Shown here in pieces: positions 13,577-23,346 of a stretch of 32,000 nucleotides of DNA. The stretch spans positions 780,001-812,000 of the forward strand of contig NC_002677.1 of NCBI RefSeq assembly GCF_000195855.1. The letters run 5' to 3'. Positions within the stretch are counted from its first letter, which is position 1. Each line of letters opens with the position of its first letter. The position numbers and the translations under genes were made by a program. The notes under the pieces are model-generated. The model was not told where the DNA came from. It made no database searches and worked only from the letters and a program-made list of their open reading frames with translations. The stretch is from Mycobacterium leprae TN (lineage in GTDB: Bacteria > Actinomycetota > Actinomycetes > Mycobacteriales > Mycobacteriaceae).

Positions 13577-14015
13577 GACATGGAATCAATTTCACTTTCC
13601 ACGATTATTTTCTTGCTGGCTGATTTCGGTTTTCTGATGGTGGGGTTGGCTGCTGTCGACTCCGAGGGTATGGCAGCTGTCGCTGCTGCAGTAACCGTGA
13701 TTGTGTGGGAGTAACGACCATGTATCGATCGGAGACAACGCTTGCTGTATTGTTTTGTGCACACGATCGTGGTGTTCAGTTAGTCGCAACAGCTTGCTGC
13801 GCCATCTGGACTTTTCTCCTCTACCTATTTGGTATATACGGTTAGCTGTCGTCACTCCGTTCGCCGTAGTCATGGCAAGCTGGTCGACAATTGTTGTAGT
13901 CGTGGGTTTTACGTTTGTAGGATTAGCTGCGAAGTCGTTCAAGCGGCAGTTGCCGTGGTTGTCTTTGGCGGTGCTGGCGATCTATTTGTTGGCCACCCAC
14001 CCATTCTTGCTTTGA
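13577..14015 (+). pseudogene. Small membrane protein remnant (Rv3162c-like by position)
   Basis: Hydrophobic fragments STIIFLLADFGFLMVGLAAV..AAVAAAVTVIVWE* and IRLAVVTPFAVVMASWSTIVVVVGFTFVGLAAKSF..WLSLAVLAIYLLATHPFLL* lie in different frames. Confidence 0.5.
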
Positions 14016-14149
14016 TCCGAGCGAGTCATTGCGTTTGCCGTCTTCGGTAGCCGCCCGGCGAGTTGCCGTGACTGGATCAGTGCACTAGTGGGGTGTCCTA
14101 GTCAGCCAGGTCTAACAGTGGCTTTGGTGCGATGCCCAGCATTATCATG

Positions 14150-14610
14150 ACTGTGGCGCGGGCCGCTCTATAGGGACTTGGCTCAAGATGCCAGATTCCA
14201 CGACTTGTAATGTTTCGTCGGATGCTTCGATGAAGAACGTTAGCACAATGTCTGCACATATAAGTGTGCTGTTATCCGGCTGGATGCCGGAGAAAGCTAG
14301 CAGAAACATTGGAAATATCGCACCCACAATGGGTGAGAACTTACCGAGTCCGGACCAACCAATGGGGCAGTGCGGCTTTTTCTGAAGCTGCTGAGCCATC
14401 GCGGTTGATGATCAGATCGAGGACCGCTAGCATTCCTCCGGTGCTCAAGCTGCAGGCGATCAAGATAGAACAACGTGGCTGAAAGGTCCGCCACGTTGTC
14501 GGCGATCACCCCGGTAAGGATGAAGCCGATGTGTGTGATCGATGAATAGGCCAGTATTCGGCTTGACGCCGGTTTGGTTCACGGTGGTGTTGGTGCTGAT
14601 CGCCATGGTC
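14150..14610 (-). pseudogene. nuoN: NADH dehydrogenase I subunit N remnant
   Basis: Minus frames give KRILAYSSITHIGFILTGVIADNVADLSATLFYLDRLQ, then GWSGLGKFSPIVGAIFPMFLLAFSGI. This is the NuoN pattern, interrupted. Confidence 0.8.
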
Positions 14611-14653
14611 AGGATCGAAATCTCCTATAGAACGGGCAGCCACTGGCCATGCA

Positions 14654-14719
14654 GCGAAGGCAGCCGGTGAAAGGTCCGGCGATCAAGGTGCCGAGCTCGA
14701 GCACACGGATGCCGTCCAG
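14654..14719 (-). pseudogene. N-terminal scrap of a family III CoA-transferase (CaiB/Mcr-like)
   Basis: Minus frame LDGIRVLELGTLIAGPFTGCLR resembles the family III N-terminus (L.GIRVLELG..iAGPFagrlL). The match ends after about 22 residues. Confidence 0.55.
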
Positions 14720-15004
14720 CTAGCATGCTGGACTCTGCGCGGTAACTGCGTCCCGGAGAAACCGGGGTAGGATCGGCCAAACGATCAAGCTATCGACCGC
14801 CTGCCGCAGCTTGTCGAGTTACTCAGATTTGTTTCATAGTGTGGAGCCATGGATTTTGTACATTTCCTTGTCGGTGTCGTCGTCATCGCGGTGGGTGTCT
14901 CCGTAACTTCATGGGGATAGCCCGCTCCGCGGTGTCGGTAAGTGAGCCAGATATTAGAGGCTATCGGAGGACCGGTATACAGGGGCACGTATAGTCGTGG
15001 ACGC

Positions 15005-15555
15005 GCGATGAGACTTTTCCATTAGCGGCGCGTGTTTCAAGTCATGCGATTGCTCCAGCGGCCTTCCCGAGTGGGTAGATGATCGGATCTGGTAAAGGCA
15101 ACTGGTCGGAGGTAAGCAGCTGCTCAAGTTGGCTTTACTGCTCAGACAGGGCTTCGGGGTGCATTCGGATCCACATACTCCAGCCAATATTGACTTACAT
15201 CAATATTGTTGAGCAACAGCATTTTTACCTTGACTTTGGGTATTTCACCGCCGGCGAAGCCGTTGGTAATTAGCTGTCTTCCCAGAGCAAGCGAGTGTAG
15301 TGAATCGGTCATTCGGTCGTCGCCGACCGGCTCGACTACTACGTCGGCGCCGCGACCGCTGGTCAACTTCTTTACCGTTCCTTTGAATCCTCAGACTAAC
15401 ACCACTGCCGTGGTGTTAGTCTGAGCCTTCGCCTCGGTGTTGCCCACCGCGATGGCGTGCGGTGCCCCGAACGCCGGCGCTAGCCCGCAACGTCGACGTC
15501 GGTGACTTCGACAGCGTCCGGGCCATCTAGCCGAGTTTATTCGTGCCGTCCGCAT
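15005..15555 (-). pseudogene. fadB4: Quinone oxidoreductase-like protein remnant (Rv3141/fadB4-like)
   Basis: The start MRTARINSAR lies near another-frame LDGPDAVEVTD. Then MTSGRGADVVVEPVGDDRMTDSLHSLALGRQLITNGFAGGEIPKVKVKMLLLNNIDV, then AANGKVSSRVHD. It has frameshifts and a deletion of most of the N-terminal half, and follows fadE23. Confidence 0.82.
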
Positions 15556-16046
15556 GCCACCTCCGTCGTCAACGAGAGGCTCAAGAGCTTCCTCCGCTTA
15601 AATATAAAAGCCGTCGGCGACGTGCGCACCACTGCACGACGCAGCAAATCCTCGTCCTTGCGCACGACGAGAGGATAAAATTGTCCAAAGGCTGACGGCC
15701 ACCTTCCTGGTATGGAGTGTTTCGTGCTTAGCGTTTTTTTTCGTTTTCCTGCATCGTTTTTGGCTCCGTCCAACTTCCCGGCTCCAGGTTTTTCCAGCCA
15801 CCACACGATCGCGTTGAGACTCTCGCGATGTTGCTGCGTGTTGTGCACCTCGGTGTCAACCATATCTATACCGCCTCGTTCTACGAGTCACAGATTTCCA
15901 ACGAGCTGATACGCGAGGCCCTGCAACCGGATCCCGAGGACCTGGCAATATCACCCGTGAGCATCTCTGCTGTATGCGCTTGAAACGCATCGAGATCGTC
16001 TGTGTGCGGGATACACCGACTAGGTTGGTTCGATAAGTCTGGGAAT

Positions 16047-17249
16047 TTACTTGAGTTCGGAAGAGGACAAGCCCAGCAATCGGCGTGCAACAACCAGCTG
16101 CTGAATCTGCTGAGTGCCCTCGAAGATGTCTAAGATCTTGGAGTCGCGGGCCCACTTTTCCAACAGGGCCTTCTCGGAATAGCCTGCGGTGCCTGCTAAT
16201 TCGACAGCCTTGAGGGTAACGTCGCTGGCCATTCTGCCGGCTTTGGCCTTGCTCATCGATGCTTCTTTGGAGTTGGGGATGTTGTTGTCGGCTTGCCACG
16301 CCGCACGCAGCGACAGCAGGTAACTCGCTTCCCAGTCGGCTTCCATCCGCAGGAACTCTGCCGCGGCGGCGTTCTGGGAGTGCGAGGGCTTGTCGTAGCA
16401 AATTTCTATACCGGCATCGGTGAGGATTTTGCGGATTTCCTCCAGCGCGGCGCGGCCAACCCCGACGGCCATGGCAGCAACGATTGGCCGGGTGTTGTCG
16501 AAAGTCTCCATCACTCCGGAAAAACCCTTGCCAACCTCGATTTCTGGGTTACCTAGCAGGTTGTCTTTAGGAATTCGGACGTTATCAAATCGAATCGCAG
16601 CGGTATCCGATCCCCTTATGCCTAGCTTGTACTCGAGGCGTTCGACTGTGACACCGGGATGTTCGCGTGGCACGATGAATGACTTTATCGCCGCGTGGCC
16701 TAGCGACTTGTCTAGGGTTGCCCACACCACGATGTGGGTGGCGCGCGACCCGGCGGTAACAAAGATCTTTTCACCGTTAATCACATACTCGTCACCGTCG
16801 AGGGTGGCGGTCGTCGACACCGCTGCCGAGTCCGACCCAAACCCCGGCTCGGTGATGGCCATAGCCGCCCACACCTTGCCTAAGCGTTCCAGCTGCTTGT
16901 TGGTGGCTACTGCGGAGATGGCTGCGTTGCCCAGACCCTGATACGGTATGGACAGTAACATCGCGACGTCGCCCCAGCAGGCCTCCAGGGTTTGTAGCAG
17001 CGCGGCCATGTTGGCGCCGTTGTGATTTTCGTCTTTGTTGTCCTCATCGCCGAGCGCGTCGGCGCCGGCAAAGGCGAACGATTCGGCTGCTCCCGCAAAC
17101 AGATTGAACAGGGTGTCTAGCTCGACTGGGTAGGTATGTTCCTTCAAGTCGTACTTGCGGGCGATCGGCCTCATCAATTCCGCGGCGCCCTGATGGGTCT
17201 TAACGATTACCGCTTGCAGCTTGCGCGATAGCTCCAGGTTGATTGCCAT
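16047..17249 (-). CDS. fadE23: Acyl-CoA dehydrogenase (Rv3140-like), 400 aa
   Basis: Intact ORF with acyl-CoA dehydrogenase signatures (AAMAITEPGFGSDSAAV, GTAGYSEKALLEKWARDSKILDIFEGTQQIQQLVVAR). Confidence 0.95.
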   Translation of the reverse strand: MAINLELSRKLQAVIVKTHQGAAELMRPIARKYDLKEHTYPVELDTLFNLFAGAAESFAFAGADALGDEDNKDENHNGANMAALLQTLEACWGDVAMLLSIPYQGLGNAAISAVATNKQLERLGKVWAAMAITEPGFGSDSAAVSTTATLDGDEYVINGEKIFVTAGSRATHIVVWATLDKSLGHAAIKSFIVPREHPGVTVERLEYKLGIRGSDTAAIRFDNVRIPKDNLLGNPEIEVGKGFSGVMETFDNTRPIVAAMAVGVGRAALEEIRKILTDAGIEICYDKPSHSQNAAAAEFLRMEADWEASYLLSLRAAWQADNNIPNSKEASMSKAKAGRMASDVTLKAVELAGTAGYSEKALLEKWARDSKILDIFEGTQQIQQLVVARRLLGLSSSELK

Positions 17250-17291
17250 GATTGATCTTTCGCTTTGAAGAAGATGCAGATTTTAGATTCC

Positions 17292-18689
17292 CTAGATAAC
17301 TACGACGCCCTCGGCGACACCGATCGCCCGCAGATCGCGATACCAGCGTTCGACCGGGTGCTCTTTGATGAAGCCGTGACCGCCCAGCAGTTGCACGCCG
17401 TCCAGGCCGATTTGCATGGCTTTGTCGGAGCCGAGTCGCTTGGCCAGTGCTGCTTCCCGGGCGAATGAGAGGCCTTGTTCGGCGCGGGACGCGCCACGCC
17501 ACGTGATCAGCCGCAGCCCGTCTAACTCGATAGCGATGTTGGCGCACATGAACGCGACAGCCTGGCGACGCGCGATTGGCTCACCAAAGGCTTCGCGTTC
17601 TTTTACGTACGGCATGACATAGTCCAGCACTGCATGCGAGGTGCCGACCGCCAGCGCCGCCCATCCTAGCCGGGCCAATGCGATCGCTTCAGAGTAGTCA
17701 TTATCCGTCGCGTCGTCTTCACCCAGCCGGGCGTCCAAGGGCGCCGACACTCCGCAGAGTTCAACTTGGCCCAAGGCTGCAGCGCGAATCCCCATGCTAG
17801 GGTCGGCCTTGACAGTCAGGCCTTTAGTCGAGGACTCGACGATGAACAATGCTGGCTTGCCATTCAGCTGGGCACCGATGATGAACAGTTCGGCGCTGGC
17901 CGCGGCCGGAACCAATGACTTCACCCCGTCGAGCCGGTATCCGGACGGGGTGCGCACGGCGATGGTCTTCAGCCGGGTGGGGTCGAACAACGGCTGGGGT
18001 TCGGCGATGGCCACACAGGCCTGGGGGACATTTTCGCCGGTGAACTCTTTCAGGTAGGTGGCCTGTTGATCGGCGCTGCCCCAATAGGTTAGTGTAGCCG
18101 CCACACCGCCTGGGGCCAGAATCGGCAGCGTCAATCCCATGTCGCCATATGCCAGCGCCTCGGCCACCAACACATTGGTCACACTGGAACGGCGTTCGGC
18201 GATGCCGTCAAAATACTCGGGAATGTTGATCGTGGTGATGCCCAACTTAGCGGCTTTGGCGATAAGGTCGGGCGGGTAGGCCGCGGCTTCATCAGCGTCG
18301 TGAGCAGCAGGCCGCAGTATCTCTGCGCTGAATTCGTCGATAGTTTCGACGATCAACTTTTGGTTGTCGTCTGGCGTCAGGTCGAAGTAGTTCCTGCCGC
18401 TGGGCTGTAGCCGGGTTGCGCCACCGCGCAGGTTTTGCACCCGCTTGAACTGCCGGCTGGTGGCGGCGGCAGTGGAGAACGTCGCCTTAACCCCGTAGCG
18501 CAACGCTCGGTTGAGCGGATAGCGCAGATGGTATTTATCCAGAAAATCCTGGCCGACAAGCGGAGTAAGCATCGCAATTGCGACGTCAAATCCAGTCCGC
18601 TTGTGTGGCTGCATTCCGACGCCGGACCTAAGACCGCCTCGTTTGAGACGAACGGAAGAGGGCTTAGCACTAGGAGCAGTGTCAGTCAT
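17292..18689 (-). CDS. fadE24: Acyl-CoA dehydrogenase (Rv3139-like), 465 aa
   Basis: Intact ORF starting MTDTAPSAK; contains RQAVAFMCANIAIELDGLRLITWRGA and QIGLDGVQLLGGHGFIKEHPVERWYRDLRAI. Confidence 0.95.
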   Translation of the reverse strand: MTDTAPSAKPSSVRLKRGGLRSGVGMQPHKRTGFDVAIAMLTPLVGQDFLDKYHLRYPLNRALRYGVKATFSTAAATSRQFKRVQNLRGGATRLQPSGRNYFDLTPDDNQKLIVETIDEFSAEILRPAAHDADEAAAYPPDLIAKAAKLGITTINIPEYFDGIAERRSSVTNVLVAEALAYGDMGLTLPILAPGGVAATLTYWGSADQQATYLKEFTGENVPQACVAIAEPQPLFDPTRLKTIAVRTPSGYRLDGVKSLVPAAASAELFIIGAQLNGKPALFIVESSTKGLTVKADPSMGIRAAALGQVELCGVSAPLDARLGEDDATDNDYSEAIALARLGWAALAVGTSHAVLDYVMPYVKEREAFGEPIARRQAVAFMCANIAIELDGLRLITWRGASRAEQGLSFAREAALAKRLGSDKAMQIGLDGVQLLGGHGFIKEHPVERWYRDLRAIGVAEGVVVI

Positions 18690-18719
18690 GTCAGCAGCTT
18701 CAGATCGTTGGGGCGATGC

Positions 18720-18759
18720 GGATAATCCTACCTTACTCTGGAGTAAGGTAGGATTATCC
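18720..18759. promoter_or_regulatory. Perfect 19-bp inverted repeat with a 2-nt centre, candidate operator upstream of fadE24
   Basis: GGATAATCCTACCTTACTC-TG-GAGTAAGGTAGGATTATCC; the right arm is the exact reverse complement of the left. It lies 30 bp upstream of the fadE24 start with no T-tract following. Confidence 0.8.
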
Positions 18760-18765
18760 TGTTAA

Positions 18766-19533
18766 CTACTTCACAGTGGCGCCGATTCTGGTCAGCACCT
18801 CTTGGTGCAGGCGACCGTTTGTCGCCACAGCGCTGCCGCCATGCGGGCCGGGGGTCCCGTCGAGACCGGTCAGAACTCCACCCGCCTCGCGCACCACGAT
18901 GTCGAGGGCAGCTAAGTCCCACACCGATACCTTCGGCTCGGCAGCGACGTCGATAGCTCCCTCAGCGAGCAGGCAATAAGATAGGAAATCGCCGTAGGCG
19001 CGTACCCGCCACACGGCGTCGGTCAACTCAAGGAACCGGTCGCGTAAACCGCGCTGTGCCCACCCGGACAAGCTGGAGAATGACAGACTCGCCGAATTGA
19101 GGTCGGCCACCTCCGACACCGCTAGCCGGCGCGGGACCCCATCGACCGCCACGAACGCGCCTTGGCCGCGTGCTGCCCACCACCGTCGTTGCAGCGCGGG
19201 CGCGCTGACGACGCCGATTGAGGGGACCCCGTCCTCGAGCAATGCGATCAAACTGGCCCACACTGGCACCCCGCGCACGAAGTTCTTGGTGCCGTCGATC
19301 GGGTCGACGATCCACTGCTGTCCACTGAAAGTTATTGTACCGCCGTATTCTTCTCCCAGGATGCCGTCTTTAGGCCGTTCGCGCCCGAGTACCGCACGCA
19401 CATCGGCTTCGACCGCGCGATCGGCGTCGGTGACCGGAGTAAGATCTGGTTTGGTGTCGACGCGCAGATTGAGTGCGCCGAAACGGGCGCTAGTCAGTGC
19501 GTCTGCGCGGTCGGCCAGCGTCAGCGCTAACAT
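18766..19533 (-). CDS. hisN: Inositol monophosphatase family protein, histidinol-phosphatase candidate (Rv3137-like), 255 aa
   Basis: Motifs [21 protein letters not shown] and [18 protein letters not shown]. The true start may be slightly upstream, since the frame reads IAQDNL before the annotated M. Confidence 0.93.
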   Translation of the reverse strand: MLALTLADRADALTSARFGALNLRVDTKPDLTPVTDADRAVEADVRAVLGRERPKDGILGEEYGGTITFSGQQWIVDPIDGTKNFVRGVPVWASLIALLEDGVPSIGVVSAPALQRRWWAARGQGAFVAVDGVPRRLAVSEVADLNSASLSFSSLSGWAQRGLRDRFLELTDAVWRVRAYGDFLSYCLLAEGAIDVAAEPKVSVWDLAALDIVVREAGGVLTGLDGTPGPHGGSAVATNGRLHQEVLTRIGATVK

Positions 19534-19660
19534 CAGATTGTCCTGAGCTATGCGTACCGCTCCTCTCCCCGTAAGCTGGGGACCCCTAGATCACTCTACG
19601 TCTACGTCGTCGTCGTAGCGATCTATGTCAGCATTCTTACCATGGCCCTAATCTGAATGA

Positions 19661-19975
19661 GTGTGGGAGTTCGGTTTGCTGTTCTTGTTGGTGGCGATTT
19701 TGGGCGTCTTCTTGGCTAAGCGGTTCCTCCCGTGCGAAAGTGACCTGGCCAGCGGCACATTGTTGGTTACCGGGGTCAGCCCGCGACCTGATGACGCTCA
19801 CGGTGAACAGTTTGTCACGATCGCCGGTTTTATCAGCGGACCCACCGTCAGCGAGTATTCTGTGTATCGGCGTATGGTGGTCGACGTCGGCAAATGGCCG
19901 GCGATGGGGCAGTTGCACCCGGTGGTGTATTCGCCGAAGAATCCTGACAACTGGAAGTTCGCGCTACCCGACTAG
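19661..19975 (+). CDS. Conserved-looking hypothetical membrane-anchored protein, 104 aa
   Basis: One N-terminal transmembrane helix (FGLLFLLVAILGVFLAKRFL), then a soluble domain with regular composition and no interruptions. It follows the divergent hisN gene. Confidence 0.6.
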   Translation: MWEFGLLFLLVAILGVFLAKRFLPCESDLASGTLLVTGVSPRPDDAHGEQFVTIAGFISGPTVSEYSVYRRMVVDVGKWPAMGQLHPVVYSPKNPDNWKFALPD

Positions 19976-20559
19976 TGGCCCGTCATTTCGCCGCGGTATC
20001 ACCAGTGAGCTGGACCCTGCGTATCGCAGGATGGCGTTGCGTGTCGTCGATGGTTAATAGCACAACGCTTTTCGAGCAGTCCGTTTTCACCCTGGTGTGT
20101 TGATCCTGACTACCCTTGCTGCCGGCGTGCTCGGAGGAATACCCTGAGCTGACGTCAATAGTGAAGTCTATCATCGATATTCAGCATGATACATGCTGTG
20201 GCTCTTTGCTGAGTTGCAACGCCTTGACTAATTTGTGGTCGTTGATCAACCGGGCTGTAAAGACGGTTGTCTGGAATTCTGAAGGCATGGCAGGCAAGGA
20301 CATAGATCCCCGGGTGAAGAGTGCTCTAGAAGTGATCAAGCAGAATTCTGGGATTGTGCTTTCGTACTCTCACCAGTGATCGTAGCTTTGAGCGTCATAT
20401 GGTGGCTCGCCGGGATGTGCTGGGCCATCGTGGCTGCTGTCGTGCTGTTGCTCGTCGGCGGAGCTGCCGTCGGCTTGAAACGTTGATGCACCTGGCATGT
20501 GTTCGTGGTGGGGCCGGGGCACCGTCTAGGACGTGCTGTCCGAATAGGAAATAAAGGAT

Positions 20560-21975
20560 CTGACAGGGTGAGTTGCGGCGCTGCTACCCGGCCATGACAT
20601 GACGGATTACTGCCCGCCGGACCCGAACGTGCTCGGGTTTGCAACACCACGGATGACTTCGTCGGCCTAACCGGTCATGCTCGTGGCAAGGCATTTCGTG
20701 GTGTCGCGCGCAACTTGCAAGGCTGCCTCGACCGCGTCCCCAGTCTAATCGCACGACCTCGCTGGCAACTATACATGATAAACGTACTAGATTGGCTCGC
20801 GAGGGAATTTCCGCTACCCCATACGGCGGCGGTAGCTCGGCTGTCGGTGGCGTCGAGCCTCGATTTGACGATCTGGCTGTCACGGAGGACGTCACCGAAA
20901 TGAGCGCAATGCTTAAGATCGATAATATCAGTCGGGCTGCGCGGATCCATGCTGGCGCGCTGGGCCCGGCGATCGAGGACCAATACTCCCACACGATTTG
21001 ACGTTGCGGCATTTACCTCGGTCCATCCCGTTCTCCAGCTTTGGGGTTGGTTAGCCACCCGCGTCGGCGGGCACTTTGCCACCGCTGTACACTCACATCG
21101 ACGCCCTGACTGAATCACTGCGGATCGTTACCCCGGCCGGGGTGAGTTAAGGCTAGTCGGTTGCCCGGGACTGGCACCCGGGACGGTTGTTCCTTGGCTC
21201 CGAGGGTTCGCTCAGCATCGTTACTGGAGCGTGGATACGGTTACAGTACTGCTCGCGCTGGCAGGTAACCGGCATCGGTGCCGTTCGATGATTGGGGACG
21301 GCCCTGGCTACTTGGACAATTGCTAAGCTGGCCTTTATCCGACCCATTGCCGGTTGCTGGATCCGACCGAGGCGTTCCTGAATGCCGGTGTGCCGGTCGT
21401 CTGCGGTTTGCTGGTGCTGGTTTTCGAATCGGCTGACCACTTGATCGATGCGTGGCTACATCGGGCACAAGAGATCGCTGCCGCGTACGGCGGTACTGTG
21501 ACCGCGCGGGGCAGCCGCCGACACCGCAAGCGACACAAAAGAAAAACTATGCTCCGGCAAGCTGGTGCTCATCGTTTCTGTGCATGCCTTACTAGCGTGA
21601 CGCTCTTGCCTGCTGCGCTGTCATCGCCGAGAAGTTCGCCATCTCATTTGCACCTGGGACGGATTCGACGCACTGCACGCCAGCGGTTTACCGAGGTTGC
21701 CAGGACAGTGCTCGAGCGAGCCTGCGGAGCGACCGGGCGGTTAACCCATGTCTATCCCGACAGCCCGGCCCCGTATTTATGGGATCTACGTCGACGGGAG
21801 CTGGGGCTCTCTGGATACTCAATGGGACGAGATCAAAAACTGCTGTGTTCGAGGCGATTATCGCCTGTAGTACGACCGGCAGCGCCCGGACCTCTTCGTG
21901 GCAGCTCTGCGTGCGGCGAAGTCCGTGCTGGACCTGGCCGGGAGCGTCAACCCCGGGATACTGGTCGACCTGTGA
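20560..21975 (+). pseudogene. agpS: Alkyldihydroxyacetonephosphate synthase / FAD-linked oxidase remnant (Rv3107c-like)
   Basis: Fragments GGGSSAVGGVEPRFDD.., AARIHAGALGPAIEDQ, TGRLTHVYPDSPAPY and a C-terminal LVDL* at 21973-21975 lie in different frames, convergent with fprA. Confidence 0.8.
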
Positions 21976-23346
21976 TCAGCCGTGCCCGATCCGCAGCAGC
22001 TCGGCGAGGTTCGGCAGCTTAACGCGGGGGCGGCCGTGCGGTTCGCCGGCCGCTCGCTCAAAGCGGTCGATGGCCTGCCAGTGCGCCGACGTGACCAGCT
22101 TCGGTTGCCGTTCGGCCAGCCACTCGGCCAGCCGGTCGGCGTGGTCTGCGCCGAACTTTTCGGTATCATTGGCGCCAGCCAGATTCTCCATCAAGGTGTC
22201 GACAGTGTCTTGGGAGTCCTTCTTGTTGGTGCCGATCACCCCGGTCGGCCCGCGTTTGATCCACCCGACGACGTACTCGTTTCGGCTGCCGTTCACCCGG
22301 CCGTTGGTGTTGGGGATGGTTACGCTACTGTCGTCGAATGGTAACCCCGGCGTAGGGACGCCGCGATAACCGATCGACCGCACAATCAACTGAGCCGGCA
22401 GCTCCTCGCGAACACCGGTGTCTTTGGCTGCCACCCGCCCGTTGTCGTCGGTGACAAGTTCGTTTTGACCGAGAACGATCCTCTCCACCTTGCCTTTGCC
22501 TTTGATTTCAATTGGGGAAGTCAGGAATCGGAACACAATCCGACGATGGCCGGGTTTGGGCGTGCGCACAGTGTAGTCGCGTAACACTTTGATGTTCTGC
22601 CTGGTCGTCTTGCCCGCCGCGGCCGCGTTCTCGTCACTGATGCCCTCCAGCTGGGCAGGATCGACAAGCACGTCGACCCCTTCGATGTCTGCTAGCTCAC
22701 GCAGCTCCAGTGTGGTGAACGCTGTCTGTAATGGCCCGCGGCGGCCAACGATCACCACTTCCTCGATCCCGCGCGGGCGCAGTGACTCTAGTGCGTGGTC
22801 GGCGATATCGGTGAATGCCAGTACGTCGGGATCGGTGATTAGGATGCGTGTGACGTCGAGTGCGACGTTGCCGTTGCCAATAACCACTGCGCGACTGCCC
22901 GAAAGGTCGGGTGACCTCTCGTGGAAGTTGGGGTGTGCGTTATACCAACCCACGAAATCGACAGCGGCGATACTGCCTGGCAGGTCTTCACCGGGGATGT
23001 TCAAAGCGCGGTCGGACTGCGCCCCGACAGCATATATCACGGCATCGTAGCGTTCGGCGAGTTCGGCAGGCTCGATGTGTTTACCGACAATCACATTGCC
23101 GAAGAAGCGGAACCGCGGGTCCTCAGCGGTCTTCTCGAACTGCTTGCTGATCGATTTGATCTTGGGGTGATCGGGTGCGACACCAGAGCGGACCAGTCCC
23201 CACGGGGTGGGCAGCATCTCCAGCATGTCGACGGCAACGTTGATCTCGTCGGAGGCGTCAGCGGCCTTCAACACGGATGCCGCGGCGAAAAATCCCGATG
23301 GCCCCGAGCCAACTATGGCTATGTGATGTATGTGGTGTGGACGCAA
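21976..23346 (-). CDS. fprA: NADPH-ferredoxin reductase FprA, 456 aa
   Basis: Intact ORF: IAIVGSGPSGFFAAASVLKA, MLPTPWGLVRSGVAPDHPKIKSI, AVVIGNGNVALDVTRIL and GWIKRGPTGVIGTNK. Confidence 0.97.
   Translation of the reverse strand: MRPHHIHHIAIVGSGPSGFFAAASVLKAADASDEINVAVDMLEMLPTPWGLVRSGVAPDHPKIKSISKQFEKTAEDPRFRFFGNVIVGKHIEPAELAERYDAVIYAVGAQSDRALNIPGEDLPGSIAAVDFVGWYNAHPNFHERSPDLSGSRAVVIGNGNVALDVTRILITDPDVLAFTDIADHALESLRPRGIEEVVIVGRRGPLQTAFTTLELRELADIEGVDVLVDPAQLEGISDENAAAAGKTTRQNIKVLRDYTVRTPKPGHRRIVFRFLTSPIEIKGKGKVERIVLGQNELVTDDNGRVAAKDTGVREELPAQLIVRSIGYRGVPTPGLPFDDSSVTIPNTNGRVNGSRNEYVVGWIKRGPTGVIGTNKKDSQDTVDTLMENLAGANDTEKFGADHADRLAEWLAERQPKLVTSAHWQAIDRFERAAGEPHGRPRVKLPNLAELLRIGHG

Noticed and set aside
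15733-15741. T8 homopolymer upstream of the fadB4 remnant
   Set aside because: A single homopolymer in neutral sequence with no convincing hairpin before it, so it is not called a terminator.
15856-16401. 181-aa plus-strand ORF
   Set aside because: Its 3' part is antisense to the intact fadE23 gene and its composition is Arg/Gln rich, typical of a shadow frame.
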